Under the pieces are notes generated by a model. It did not search any database and was not told the origin of the DNA. It saw only the letters and a program-made list of their open reading frames with translations. A program made the position numbers and the translations under genes. Positions 1-13,519 of a stretch of DNA of 64,000 nucleotides are shown here, piece by piece (within the stretch, counting starts at the first letter, position 1; each line of letters starts with the position of its first letter). This stretch comes from Tubiluchus corallicola. Its lineage: Eukaryota > Animalia > Priapulida. The stretch covers positions 1,116,001 through 1,180,000 of the forward strand of contig JAQGDQ010000018.1 of assembly GCA_030141605.1 (NCBI GenBank), read 5' to 3'.

Positions 1-1894
1 TCGGCTAACCATTCATTGGACAAATCTTGCATCCACGTCACTGGTCAGGATAATAAATCCAGCAAACTGGTTGTCAGAGAAACTGTTCACAATGAGCAGA
101 AATTAGTTCTTAAAATGATATGAGGTTCTCCAAAAACTTATTATCATTGTGAGATACTGTATTCGCTGTAGTTGGCATAATCTGTTTTAGTTTGGGATAT
201 AGAATCTGCAAGAAAAGCTAGATAGTCCAGAGTACCTTCAGCATAGAATGAATTTTGAATTTACTAGTTAGCTTCCCATCACTTATAAATTAAATTGCTG
301 CATAAAAAGATGAGTCATCAGTTTCCTTTTAAAGAATTTAAATTTGAGCATTCTAGTCATGAATGATAACGCATTCGGCCTATGTTCTTTTCACAAGACT
401 CAACTATGTATGCAAGCAACTTTGGAACTATCTAGCTAGCATTTAGACCACTTTGCCATTTATAAGTGAGCACTTAGATAATAGTGCATGTTTTGATGTT
501 AAACTGAGTTTAGGATTTAGCTGTTAATAGCCTATTACAAGCAGCTTTTGCTTTTTGGATATGCTGTTGTGACAAGTTTGGTGATTGACATGAAAATTAA
601 TGTGAAATGTCGACTGAATGATCCCTTGTGGACTAATGTTCTTTGTATGTAATGTTAATTGACCTAAAACACTCGTAAACTTACTTACTTATGAACATAC
701 TGACCTTCTATTCAGATGCTGTATAGCAAGTGTCCAACTAATACAACAAAGTAACTTACCCAAACAGTCACAGAATAAAGTTCATTAGTAATTTTTGTAC
801 ACTTCATTGCTTCTTTCCTCAAATTTTAATCTGAAATCAGGATGTTCTGTTCTTTGAAGAAAAGCATCTAGCTAAATCAAAAGTAACGATTTACTTTTAT
901 ATCATAAGTTTGGTACACCAGTTAATGTCCTGTAAGTCTTGAAAGGCAGTATTTCCCATCATTTAATGGACAAATTCTTGTAGTTTTATACTGAACTAAA
1001 AACTATTGAAATAAAAAATACAATTGACTCTTCTTATTGCATATTTTTCACAATATGTAATCAGATCTAGTAACTTCTTTGCCAAAAATTTATTAACTTC
1101 GTGTATCACTGTGTTAATGTCAAAAAACAATTGGCATACAAAATTTCTCTTTTTTGGGGGTAAGTTATTTAAATTTAAATCTTATTTCATTAGGAAGCTG
1201 ACAACGTAGTTGGTTATGGCATGAAAAATAAAGTTCTTTATTTATATTACGAAGTGTAGGGTGATGACTGGTCCTAGCTTTTTTCATTTGTTTGACTTAG
1301 ACGCTTGTGTAACCATTTTCCCAACAAATAGGCGATTTAGACTCGTATTTTTTCTATTTACAATTTACCTACAGTTTATTAGGACTTTTGTTTACATACT
1401 GTTTGCTAATGATTTCATTATCTGCACTGAAAAACTGGTAACTGTTACATGTTTTATAGGGAAATGGGACGTTTTGTGTAATTATTATTATGCTGTTTTT
1501 GGAAAACTTTTGTGTTTTAAATAAAAATTGTGTGTTGATTAACAGTTATACATGTTTACTAATGTTTGATGTGTTTATTAAGAAAATCGCACGTTTTTAC
1601 CACTGCCACGATACCATAAGCATCTCCCTACTCTGACATGGTGCAGGTGACAGAGCGTGACAGTTCTAAACGCAGGGTTTTGAGTTGAAGTCTCTAGTGG
1701 TTCACGATTTTTCAGCATTTCCTTGCTTCTGCTCATTAGCGGCAAGGTTGTTTTTATAACATCTGGCATTCACAGTCATAATCTAATTAATGATAATGTT
1801 GACTACTGTAGAAACAATTCTTTATTAATGTTATATTTCTTTCTGTGAGAAGTTGATACATGTATACTTTGTCCAGAAAAATTGAGAAAAATTT

Positions 1895-2100
1895 CAATCT
1901 CAGACAGGAATCAAACTCAAGACCTTCTGCTTACAGTACCAAGATACATGTCAGAAGAGGCGTAAAAGATCTATTGGAGTGCAGTAGTTATTTGGCACCC
2001 AGCAGTTTCCAACAAATCTTGGTGGCTGAGTAGGTGGACTATTGGATATGTAAACATGGTGCCCTAGGTTCAAGTCTTGGCTGAGAGTGCACGTTTTGTC
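1895..2100. repeat. Degenerate tRNA-derived (SINE-like) sequence, two oppositely oriented halves
   Basis: Plus strand A-box-like TGGCTGAGTAGG and B-box-like GGTTCAAGTC at ~2023-2077; minus strand B-box-like GAGTTTGATTCC at ~1907-1918. No intact cloverleaf. Confidence 0.45.
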
Positions 2101-2793
2101 CCTTTCTTTTGATGCTAAACAAGGGAACATAGAATTCATTGAAATGTGGAAGCACATCATTAATAACTTAATTGATAATCCACCTAGCTTAATTATTTGA
2201 GCAATGCCACTTCTTTAGTATAAGAATAATAATTACCTTGCTTACTATTGTATGGAAAAGTGCCAAGCAATTGCTGTAATTGCAAAGAAATTATTGTGGT
2301 TGTTTTTACTGTTGTAAAATGTCCTTTCTTGCCACGGGAGCATTAACACTGGATTCAGATTAAAACAAAATCAGGGAGATGTATTGACCTTTCTGCTTAG
2401 TGTCAACAAAGTTAATTATAACCATTATCTTTTTGATGCACTGACACATTCTATTGCAGCTCCTACTCTATTGTGAAAAATCCAGTTGAATAAAGGATAC
2501 TTACTACAGTGAACTTGGGGAATTTTCTCTTACTTGGTGTATTTCATAATATTGTTATTTCACGGTTACTTAGCTTTTAATTTATGCTGCACTGTCGTTG
2601 GGTGAACTTCTGAATATCGTTGGAACTTTGAAAGTGTGGAAAAACTTAATTTTTTATAGTTTCTCAGTCTTGCCTCTCTCACAGTCACTCACCTTTCTGC
2701 TTCTACTCCAGGCTAAAATTCAACCGTTTTGCCATTGGTTGTCATATCTCTGAATCTCTGTAAAGAATAGATAATTTTTAAACTGTACTGCAA

Positions 2794-2850
2794 ATGTTGC
2801 AAGGCTTTTTGCGTATAATCATTGATCAATTCAATTCTTTTGTTATTTTG
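2794..2850 (+). CDS. Candidate alternative first coding exon of Cas (MLQGFLRIIIDQFNSFVIL)
   Basis: ATG after an in-frame TAA, 19 open codons, donor TTG|gtaagt, phase 0. Confidence 0.35.
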
Positions 2851-3489
2851 GTAAGTTTCCTCAAGCTTTGGCGCGAAATGACGCCTATTAACTATTTCGT
2901 ATTTTCAGCAAGTTCTATTATTAATTTTGTTCTGTCAGTAATATACCAGTTTTGCCTGCAGCAGCTGTAATTTTAGCAAAGAAGCCTGTCAATGTTCACA
3001 GCATCATGTCAGTGACACGAGTGTGCATCACTGGCTTCTAATAAATTAGTTGTGGAAACCACTAACACATGTTGTTGGGATACAAATGAGACACCCTGTT
3101 TTATCGCCCCTCATGTGGTCCAAACATTACACTCGGTGCTTCCTGTCCGGTTACACAAATGAATAAAGAAGTCTGGCACACCTAATTGGATCACGGCTGT
3201 CCCAAACCAGATGGAAAATGTGGTTTACGGTGGGATTTTGGTGGAACATATTGCATTGACAGCATCAACAAAGATGTTTCTATTCTTGTCTTCCTTGCGC
3301 GTGTTGTTGAAATAGCTTCTACATTCTTTGTTTCTGCTTTTCCGAGAATGTTCATTATATTAGTGGTTCAGCATTAGCCTACATCACTGTGATGTATGAT
3401 ACCATGTAATGTGGTATCTTAAGTCTCGTTTGCCATAATGAAGCACAAGGTTTTTGTCAAGTCGCTTCCTACATCACAAAGAAGAAGAA

Positions 3490-3552
3490 ATGCAAAATGA
3501 AAACTATTGCTGTAAATTAACCAACTTAAGCACCTTCTTTAAAAGAAATCAG
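3490..3552 (+). CDS. Candidate alternative first coding exon of Cas (MQNENYCCKLTNLSTFFKRNQ)
   Basis: First ATG after an in-frame TGA, 21 open codons, donor CAG|gtaaac, phase 0. Confidence 0.35.
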
Positions 3553-5906
3553 GTAAACATTTAAAAGTGTCAGTCTTATGCATTAAATAGATTTGGGTGA
3601 AAGACATTCATTTTGGTCTTTTAATTAAAAGAGTACTTTGCTCTAGGAGATCAAATGAACGCATGACCACAAAATAACAAATGGCTTTGCAAAGCTTTTA
3701 GAAAACTTTAGTGATTCATCTGACATGAAAGCTATCTGTGATTTTTTATTGTACATTTTAAGATTACATACAATCTAACAGTCGATGGTTTTGTTATTGT
3801 AAATATAGTTTTCAGTGCCGCACTCTGTAAAGCTTTATTAAAGGAAAGTCTTTCTGATCTAATCAGCACTGGGCATTGATCTGCAGACCACCAGGCATTG
3901 ATCTACACGCAAATTTTCTAGGGATACGAAATTATTCCAATTAGAAGGCAATAATTGACTAGCTCGACTAAATAATTCATTGGATTATGAAACTGATGCC
4001 AGAGAGAGAAAGTTGATAAACACAGAGTCACTTCTGTATATAGTAAACCATAATGTACATTTTCGCTGCAGACCTTATCTTCTCTAACTGTAATTTTCAA
4101 ATCCTTGCTAAAACTAACTACCACTAATAAAAATCGTTATAAATAGTATAGTGTTACGTACGTTGCTACAATCGTAACGAAACTACTGCGTCTGTAAATC
4201 ACTGCGGGCAAGCTTTTGGCAAGATTTGGATACATGTATGGGAGATGCAGCTGCAGGTTGTGCAGCTTTGTACATCGGAAAGTTTTAAGACGAAATTAAA
4301 CATGGATTTCTGATTAGAGTACTCTTGAGGGGAAGATGTTTCTCTTCTAATAATACTTTTCTTCTAATAAACTGATCTTTTGTAGACACTTCGGCTGATA
4401 ATAGTCGTGAAACTTGCGTGAAATAAATTCAACAATGTAACAAAAACTTCTCTTAGTATACATTTCTGTCAGGTTGGTTTACATATATTGTCTCATCTTC
4501 ATCTGAGTAGTAATAGTATTATGCGCAAAATCTTTTTGATGATCCATGATCGCTCACTGTTTGCTTAATTCCAAGTTTTTAGTTAAACTTGTTCAAAAAG
4601 TTAATCAATCGAATTTATGTGACTTGAAGAGTAGAAAGCAAACTTCAATCAATGCTACCACAGATGTTTTGCTAACACTATCAAGTCTTTAACTTAATGG
4701 TGGCCCGCTTTTGTAGTCTTTTCTTGATAATATGGGTTTTTAAATTATTTTCGCTCTTTGTCAGTTTTTTTATCTCTGTCACTCCAGTTTGTAACCTTTT
4801 AGGTTAAAGTAGGTACTAGATTAAACTCGAAACTTTAAATGTGGATAATTGCATAGTAACAATACTGAAAATTGCTGTGTCCTGCTTTTCGCATTACAAT
4901 TGGTTTTGCTTTTGACACTTAAGGCCTTGTTGCATAATTATTGGTTGGTACGTACTGTACAACAGTATTTTGTACTGCTTTAACCGACAGTATTTCTAGT
5001 TATTACTCAGTATTGATTGGATAAATATTTATTTGCAAAGTATGCTTTTTAGAGAATTCATGGATGTTTTTCGTATTGCACTCTGAAGTGTTTATTTACA
5101 TGCAGAGGTATAATGTTCTACAATAAATCCGTTGTTAATATGTATGTTTTCCAGAGTGAGTTCAGACAATGTTATCAGATGATTAAATGTTAAGCTGCAA
5201 TAAGAGTTTATCACTATTGATATATTAATCGAAATATTTTACTTTAATAGCGTTTTTTTACATACGTTATTCATAATGTCAAAAACGCTAAAAAAAATTA
5301 TTAGCTCATAAAAGGCAATATGTAATTTGATTAGTAATTTCCTTGGGCTTTGACTAATTGGCTAACTCCTTTGCCAGGTGGCTGCCCGGCAGGGGAGGTG
5401 CATTCTAACTTATCATCGCCTATTGATACAATATTTGCCGGGATACCTTTGCCTAGTTTACGCGGAACTTTATTATCTTAGCACCTGTTTGACCACTGTG
5501 GTCTGGACTAGGGCTACCATTAATAGTAAGTGACTTCATTCACATACTGTTACTGTGGGCCTGTGGCAGCGTTCACAAAGGGATTGAGAGTAACCTGACA
5601 GTCTGACAGTGAGCCCTCATATCGTAAAAGGGGTGATGAGTCTTCGCTTGACTTGTCTTACCAGGCCATTAATCTGCCCTCTATTGCGGAATTCACGTTT
5701 ATTACATGCCAAAACACACGCGGCCTTGTTCGAGATCTCTGTCTGGAATCTGACTGCGTTCAGTGCGGCGCTTTCTTTCGACTGGACGTTAGATTGTGCG
5801 ATTTTTCGTTGAGTAAATTGCTGTAAGACAAGAACGATGGAACAGTGAACTTGTTAATGTTATATACGTTAAGTAAGGAACGAACATCTGTAGAAAACTA
5901 TAGTTA

Positions 5907-5972
5907 ATGGATTGCTGCGGAAACTGGATTTGTCTGCAAAACAGAGAAAATGAACACTATGTATGTGGGAAG
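5907..5972 (+). CDS. Candidate alternative first coding exon of Cas (MDCCGNWICLQNRENEHYVCGK)
   Basis: ATG 5907 after an in-frame TAG, 22 open codons, strong donor AAG|gtgagt, phase 0 matching the SH3 exon; CpG-rich sequence upstream (~5690-5830). Confidence 0.55.
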
Positions 5973-6218
5973 GTGAGTACAATAATGCTCATGAAAAGTT
6001 GTTGCACTTACTTCATTGTAGTACTCATTGAATAATGAATATATTCATATTCATTACAAACGTTTTATATAATCAACATCATTTTGTTGCTGTGAATGGT
6101 TATAGATATTTTTGACAATTTAAATATTTAAAAACATTGTAAAGTGTTGGGTAATAAGTCTACTTACATAGATATGAATAAACTTTTCATGTTTGAGATT
6201 TTGATATCTTCCGCAATA

Positions 6219-6413
6219 TGTTAGAAAGAGACCGTTAAACTACAATTTTATGCTGGGTTGTAATTGTAACGTGTTATATCGTGATTGGGGATACAACACT
6301 GTTTTATGCAACACTGTTATACAACACTGTTAGAAAGAGACCGTTAAACTACAATTTTATGCTGGGTTGTAATTGTAACGTGTTATATCGTGATTGGGGA
6401 TACAACACTGTTT
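6219..6413. repeat. Exact 86-bp direct duplication with 23-bp spacer
   Basis: 6219-6304 is identical to 6328-6413. Confidence 0.95.
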
Positions 6414-8908
6414 AACGTAATTACTGAATGGGCCATTTTCAATAATATTATTTCTTTATTGGCTAGGGCTACAGTCGCTACACGTATACGTGTTGTATTC
6501 CTAACTTGTGGAATATTAATTAAAAGGATGAGGCAGGTTGTCTAAATGAGAGAACTATGACGAGGACCAGTAACTGAGGTACTTAGGAACCCCCTAAGAT
6601 ATCACTTGTCCGAGCGACAAGCGAATTTGATGAGTAACTGGACTCTGCAAGCAAGAGACTTGCCAAGAGTTTGTATTTGCGAACGCCGATTGGATCCACT
6701 GAAATCATAATAACATTTTAATAGTGTATTGATTAGGTATAAAATTGTTGTTGTGGTAACTCGATTCACTTCAGCTGGATTTACCTGTGAAAAAGCAATC
6801 CAATAAAAACTTGTTCTTCGTTTAGAATTTTCTATAAAGCAATGTTAAGCAAACATGGGTTTGCTTTGCCCCAAAAACAGAAACTTCTGAACTGTAGAAC
6901 TGTTTGTGTTGACACAGCGTTTTCCAATGTAAATGAAATTGCTCGCATCGTATCATTTTAAAATTATTAACAAAGGGTTGAATTTGAACATGTGTTTCTA
7001 AACAGAGCAAGTACATGTATTGCAAGCATGTTTGTCGAAGGTAATGCCACTACAAGGATGATAATTTGTTTGGAATTGAAAAATAGATTCTTTAAAATTT
7101 AAAATGTTGTCTCTAGTCATCGTCACGTATCATACTCGTTTGTTTTTAATCACGTATCAAATCTTGCATTAATTCATTTGTATGTTGGTTCAGTGTTGGT
7201 TGGTTAATGCATGTATTTAGTGACAATTTTAGTTTTACTCTTTCGTTCATTTACCTATTCATTCGGTCACAGTTTTCACAATCACTTTTTCATTCACTCT
7301 TTTCTTACTTTGTTCTTTTGCTTTTTCATTTTCTTCTTTGCTTTATTCATCACTTCATTCATTCATCCATTTGTTGATTAACTCATTAACTCTTCAGTAA
7401 TTATTAATTAATTCCATTTTAGGAGCATTTTCTCATTGATCTGTTTGAGTTCGAATTTTGACTTAGAATTTGGTTATTCCTGTACAAAACTCATATTTTG
7501 AAAAATGCAACTGTACTCTTTTTGATTAGTAGTCAAAGAACGGGCGTCCAAGTTTAGTTGAAGAAAAAGTGTCGGTTTTTTCCTTCACTTCTCATTGTAT
7601 GTAAAATTAATCGTTTTTAATATAAAACGTCAAAGTAATTTAATGCTAAGTTAATCAAGATAAGGTTTGTATTAGGGGTTTCCAACGCAAGTTTTTGCTG
7701 AACCCGAGGTTATCTTAAGGAAATTAGAAATTCCAGCCTTGATATGGAAAGTTGTGTTTTTGTTTATGATTGTAATCACTATTGCAGTAACATAATACAT
7801 GAGTCTTTTGATACATTGCTGGTATTCGGTAATTACACGTAATTAGATCTGTTCTTGAAAAAGATAAACCGCTTGTGAGCAGAGTAGCAAAATTTTGAAG
7901 AGAGTTTACTGATTAGAAGATTAACTAGTCAACTATGTCACGGAAAAGTGAGACTCTGGCATTGCGAGGACACTGTACAGTGTACTCTTCTCTCACGAGA
8001 ATGTTTTGATTATTTATCTCGGGTGTCAGGTTCGAGGCTTTACTTTCTTGCTGGATTGTTTGTTTTTAACGGAAACTTTGAATTTGTGAGTGTGAGAAAG
8101 TCATGATGTGATTTGTTTGCACTGGCCCATCTTTGAGTTTCTCTGCAGGAAACTCTGGTTAAGTTGTAAACACCGCTTGTTGCACGGTTACTGTCTTGTG
8201 TTAAATAAATGCGGTCTAATTATATTGGTCAGCAAAATTTCATTAAGCGATAAGAGAGGGTTTGTTGGTAGAATACCGCATTTTATTTATGAACGTTCAT
8301 CAGAAAGATAGATATAAATCGCGCAGTTCCGTGCCCTCACACGAGTGCTTCATCACGACTTTCAGCAAGTTTTAATTTGTCAGTTTAAGTAATAAACTAG
8401 TTTTTCATTTAATAACGTTAAGTGAAGATTAGCTGTAGAAATATTGGGAACATGTACGGTGACTGATTAATCGAATTGTAGTTAGAAAGATAGTCATTAA
8501 AATTTAATCACCACTTGCGTACTTTCATCACATTTGGCAAATGATTCCCAGTTAAACAGATGGTTTAAATTGTTCTAAGGCTGAGATCTCTGAAACTCAC
8601 TAGTGTTAATGTTATATGTGCACAAGTGTTGTAGAACCTTCACACGTACTAGTTTCTACAAAACGACTTTTCCTTCATGATAAATGAATTGGTCCGTATT
8701 GATGTTGTTTCCGTCTGTAAACTCTCAACTTTGATGGACGTCACGGGTGTGTGCCATATTGCAGACGGCCCATGAAGCGGTGTATGTGATCCGTCTTGGA
8801 CTTTAGCATGCTGAATGTTTAAATACATTTTCAACATGGCTCGCTGCGTGAAACGTGTATTAGTTGTTTGGTGAAAGAAAAACGTTTCATAAAGAACTTA
8901 CAAACAGA

Positions 8909-8926
8909 ATGGTGAAAACTTTTAAG
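8909..8926 (+). CDS. Candidate alternative first coding exon of Cas (MVKTFK)
   Basis: agaATGg start context, donor AAG|gtacgt, phase 0; CpG-rich promoter-like tract at ~8640-8860. Confidence 0.5.
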
Positions 8927-9557
8927 GTACGTTATGATGTCCTATAACGGGAACTTTGTTAATAAGTGGAGATTTTTGTGTGTATTGACTTAGTTCAGAT
9001 AGTAAAGCTCAACTCTATAATTCAAGTGTATTCAATGTAATTTCAGATGGTGTTATTTGTGTTGTAGCGTAGTGATAACCTGACGCGAAAGCTTATTGAC
9101 TACCCGTGTAAGCCAGACTCTGTGTTTACTCAAAAAATCACAAATTGTTATAGTTAGCCTAACGAAGTGGGCAACTAGCGAATTATCGGTTCTGTCTGTC
9201 TGTCTGTCTGTTGCCAATTTTTGTTGGCCGAGGTGTAATCTAGAAAGTTAGCACTTGGCACAGTATTGATGAAGGCCGGAGCCTATTAATTTTTTAGTCA
9301 ACTGGCGCAGATTTTATTTTTTTACAATTTTTTTCAAGGTTCGTATAAAAGAAATTCTGCATAACGTAATATGCCCACTGTCCTTGTGTACGCGATCTTT
9401 AAACACCTGTGGCAGTTAAACGATTAGTGGTTCATTAGCAGGAACAACAATCAGCAACCTATGTTAAACCTGCAAAAAATACATTTTGCAGTAGTCTCTA
9501 AAAATTCTTCATGTACGTTGATCTCGTTGTCCATCGATGTTTCTCTAGTTTTTAATG

Positions 9558-9589
<32 letters not shown>
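9558..9589. repeat. (AAT)n microsatellite, about 10 units
   Basis: Direct reading. Confidence 0.95.
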
Positions 9590-12120
9590 CTGTTAAGCTT
9601 TTTATGGGGTTAAGGCTGTAATGTTTTGTTGGAATTTGATAAACATGAGCAAGCTATCCTACTGAAAATATAATAGAAAATTGAGCAAACAGAAAATACG
9701 AATTGATTTTTGTACCTTTGTACTAAAATTAAGAACAAGAAAAGAGTTTCCAAGTTAGCAAAATTTATGTACGGCTACATTTACACTTCTAATGCTTCGA
9801 TTTTTTAAACACGTTTTTATGCTGCTTTAGTTTCAAGAAATTATCTAGAATTGCAGGTAATGACTAAAGTTTACAATTGCCCATAACAAGAAATTAGGGT
9901 TAGTATTAGGATTAGGGTTAGTGTAAGGGTATTTAAATTGTGTGGAGAATTGGAAACTCCTTCCCAGGTAATAGTTAATGAAATTATATTAGAGCAGTAA
10001 AGATGTGTCTATAAAAGTTTTTATCATAGCTGTTGTTTTAGCGACGTTAATCCCAGAAATAACTGCATCAAAAATGAATGGTGTGAGGGTCTTGCCGGTC
10101 CATTTTAAATCACTATATATTGAGCTTGAGAACTAGTGCTGCACCCAAATTTAAGTCTTTCGTTCTCGCATGTTCACTAACGCATACGCTGCTCACGTTT
10201 TGAAAAAGAAATGAGAATGTATGATCTTTTAATTGTGAATTGGAAACTGGGATTTTCGTTTTGCCGCTGGCAATCATATGGGTGGAGTTGACGCTTTAGC
10301 CTTTATTATTGTTGTTCATATTACGTGTGCGTGTTATAATATAATGTACTGTTTCTAATTCTATGCATTTGGAATAACAAGTGTAATAAATCTATAAATT
10401 TATCTGATGTTATACCATTTAGAATATGTCATTTAAATGCATGGCATGATTGAAGTGATACTTTTGTTAAGTAAAGTGAAATGTTCGGTTCTCTTCCTTT
10501 TGCCCTATAGTAGAGCTGAGCAGCAGGTTTTATCTTGGAAGTTCAATTACCTAATGATAAATGGCATTCGCCCGTTTATTGGCTTTGGTTGAAAATTATT
10601 ACGCCCGTTGTGTTAAATTTAACCATAAACTAGCTGTATAAACGGGTGGCTATAATTAGCAAAGAACAAATGTTATCATTGTGAATTACTTTTCTTCACT
10701 TTTCTTAGGTATGAAATGTGATTGTGATTTGTAAAGCGTGAAACTCGTTGTCACCTATAAAATCAAAAATCCTCTATTTTTGTGCAACGCGCTTCCGAGA
10801 TGCAGGTGCTAGTGTCACTAACTAACCTGTACCTCTCTGTTCACATGTGGTTCAGTTGTGATGTAGCACACACGTTAGAGAACGCATGCGTGAGCACAAC
10901 AGTAAACTTGGACTTTGAATCAATTTTTAGAGTTAAAATTTGCAGAGATTTGTGTATCACACTGTACTTCAGTGTCGCACTAGTACGGAGTTCATAGTAG
11001 CAATTTTCTCTTGCAAACAGGTGCAACACTCTCACGGAATTTTCTGCAGTTGAAAATTATGTTTAGTTGTATGTTATCACTAGCTTGGTTCGCCCGCCTT
11101 TAATTAATTTTTTCTACTATTATTTAATTATCAGAAACACTTTGGTATCATTATAGGTGTTAAAATGTTTACTTTTAGTTCAAAATGAGCAGAACAACCA
11201 AAAAGTCATCCCGTTCTTCTTTACGGTATTTTATCGTAAATGTGACCCGGAAAGTTTTCCGCTGCAATCTTTAGGTCGCAACAGGGGCCCACTGGACATT
11301 TAATAATTTTGGCTTTTGTAGAATCTTGTATGCGTTCCATTCTGTATAAATCTCTTGACAGTTAATTCAAGTTTCATCACATAATATATAATACTTAATA
11401 GTATAATGCTTATCCAAACTTCAAAAGTACCTGCGCTTCATAAATATAATGCATGTGAATATAATAGCAATTATGCATTATGTAATTTTATTCGCCGTGT
11501 CACTGACATTGTAAAATTTCTCTATGGCCAATCAATAAAAGCCTCTAGTCTTTCTCTTATTTGCTGGCTGCCTCTCCAGTCATTGGCTGTTTAATCAATA
11601 TTTTGCCTGCGAGGCATAGCTTGATGGCAATGCTTAGGTGGAGCTCCATATAACGTGTGTGAATTCTCTTCCTCTCAAGTATCTCCGGACATGATGTACT
11701 AACAGTGTTCATTTGACGATGTGAAAAACTGAATGGTGCTATTCTGGCACTTAATGCCGCTTAGTCATTGTAGTAGTTGTTTTGTGTTAGGTTGATGTAC
11801 ACGCTGCGTTTTTATATGGGATTGTGCTCCATTTTTATCAAAATGCAGGGTAATATGATGCTGCTGTACTAATGGTACGTAAGGGTTGTTATAAACGAAA
11901 AACTTGCACCTTCATAACTATGAACCTTACAGTTTTTGGTTATTTTTAGCTTCGGAACTGCAGAAATTTGAAGCTCAAATATTTTTGTACTTGTACAAAC
12001 GAAGTGTCGTGTTATCAAAAATTTGATAGCTAGAACTAAAACTTTCAAAGTAGAGTATCTGAATTGTGCTTATAATTCGTTTGGAGGCTAGACTTTAGAC
12101 GCTATAAAACTATACAGCTG

Positions 12121-12307
12121 GGTGACGTTTTTATATACTTCAGCCGACAGGAGGGCGTATGCCCTCCAGAAAGGTTTAAATGCAGTAGTAAACATTAATA
12201 TATATATATATATATGATGTATATATATTAGCCAACGATGCTTACTACCGCATTTAAAACTTTCTACGCGCTTCTGTCGGCTGAAGTATATATATAAAAA
12301 CGTCGCC
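12121..12307. mobile_element. Fold-back (palindromic) MITE-like element with central (TA)n
   Basis: Left arm gacgtttttatatacttcagccgacag...tttaaatgcagtagtaa is mirrored by ttactaccgcatttaaa...ctgtcggctgaagtata..aaaaacgtc. Confidence 0.75.
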
Positions 12308-12829
12308 AATATGAGTGCATGAAATTATTATCTGTGGTTTCTTTGTCGATGCTTTCACGCAGGAAGCTCACATATCCATAGTTTTATGGTACCGGTTTTA
12401 GGGTGTGTTAATTAATAAAATAACTTTTCGATTTGCATTTGTGGTAAAGGTATTTTATTAACTAGCCGCGCTGAGTAACAGATAGATTTTATAACCGGTA
12501 TAATTACACATTTTCCCCTAACAGGATTGAAGACTAAAATCAGTAATGAATCCACTGATGATAAATGGAAAAAATAATATTATTTGCGTTATTTAAGGGC
12601 AGCGTAGCACTTGTGCATTTTGTTGCAGCAGTACCCTAGAAAAATTTGGATATTATAGTGGATGATCCATTTTGCATAAGCAATGCATTTTCCTGCAAAC
12701 TTCAAAAAATGCCAGTCTTAAAGTGCTTTCAAACCTTTTTGCAACTTTCACCGAGTTTCTCACCTTCACAGACTATTACTTCAATCGAGCTGCTGTGCGT
12801 TTTGCAGTAATAAATGTGTGGAAAATTGG

Positions 12830-12843
12830 GTAACTATGGCAAC
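12830..12843. promoter_or_regulatory. RFX X-box-like motif
   Basis: GTAACTATGGCAAC (reverse complement GTTGCCATAGTTAC), followed by CCGGAA, in CpG-rich sequence. Confidence 0.35.
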
Positions 12844-13519
12844 CGAACGTCCGGAATTTTGAGTTTAACGCCGTGAAACTCATAAGGGAAAAAGCTATTA
12901 AAAGCACAAGTCACTCGTGCGCCATGGCTTTATGTTATCCCTCCGGGGATTCGTTGCTTTGTTCCCCGTCTGCACATGTTTAAGCATAAAAGCGGTCCTT
13001 TGTTTTCGCTGGGCGCTTGTACGTTTTTTCGTTGATGATACCAGCTTAGGAAAAAATCACAACATGGCATTCCAGCCATACCCTGCACGCCATCAATCAA
13101 CCAGTCATCTGGAGTAAATTTTCTAATAATTTTTTTCTGACGAGTTTTGGTCACTTGAGCTGTAGGAGCTCCGCAAAAATATTCCCTAGAGCGAAGTTAC
13201 GTGAATGGAGATCGCCACGTGCATTTGTAAGTTTGTAGAAATTTATTTGTGGAAAACTACGATTGCCATATTGTTGCAGTTTTTATTACTTGGATTATTG
13301 GAACTTGTTTATGCTGCTAGGGTTGCATCAAGAGGCCCGAACAGTGTTGCGAGTTCATGGTATTGCTTTTGCTGTTGCTGAAATAATTTTCAATTCATCA
13401 CTAGGGGTGATCCCGATCCCGACTCCCGAACTTTTCTCAAGTGCCGAACCCCGTTCCCAAACATCCAATTGCGCTCCAATAAAACGTCTTGTAAGCACGT
13501 AGTTTAAATGATTTATCTT

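Noticed and set aside
2018-2090. Functional tRNA gene
   Set aside because: A/B-box-like motifs only; stems do not form a cloverleaf.
5950-5972. ATG AAC ACT ATG as the Cas start (resembles human MNHL)
   Set aside because: Ends in phase 2 at either nearby donor; only the ATG at 5907 is in phase with the SH3 exon.
9893-9930. TTAGGG-like telomeric repeats
   Set aside because: Only a few degenerate units; more likely part of an interspersed repeat.
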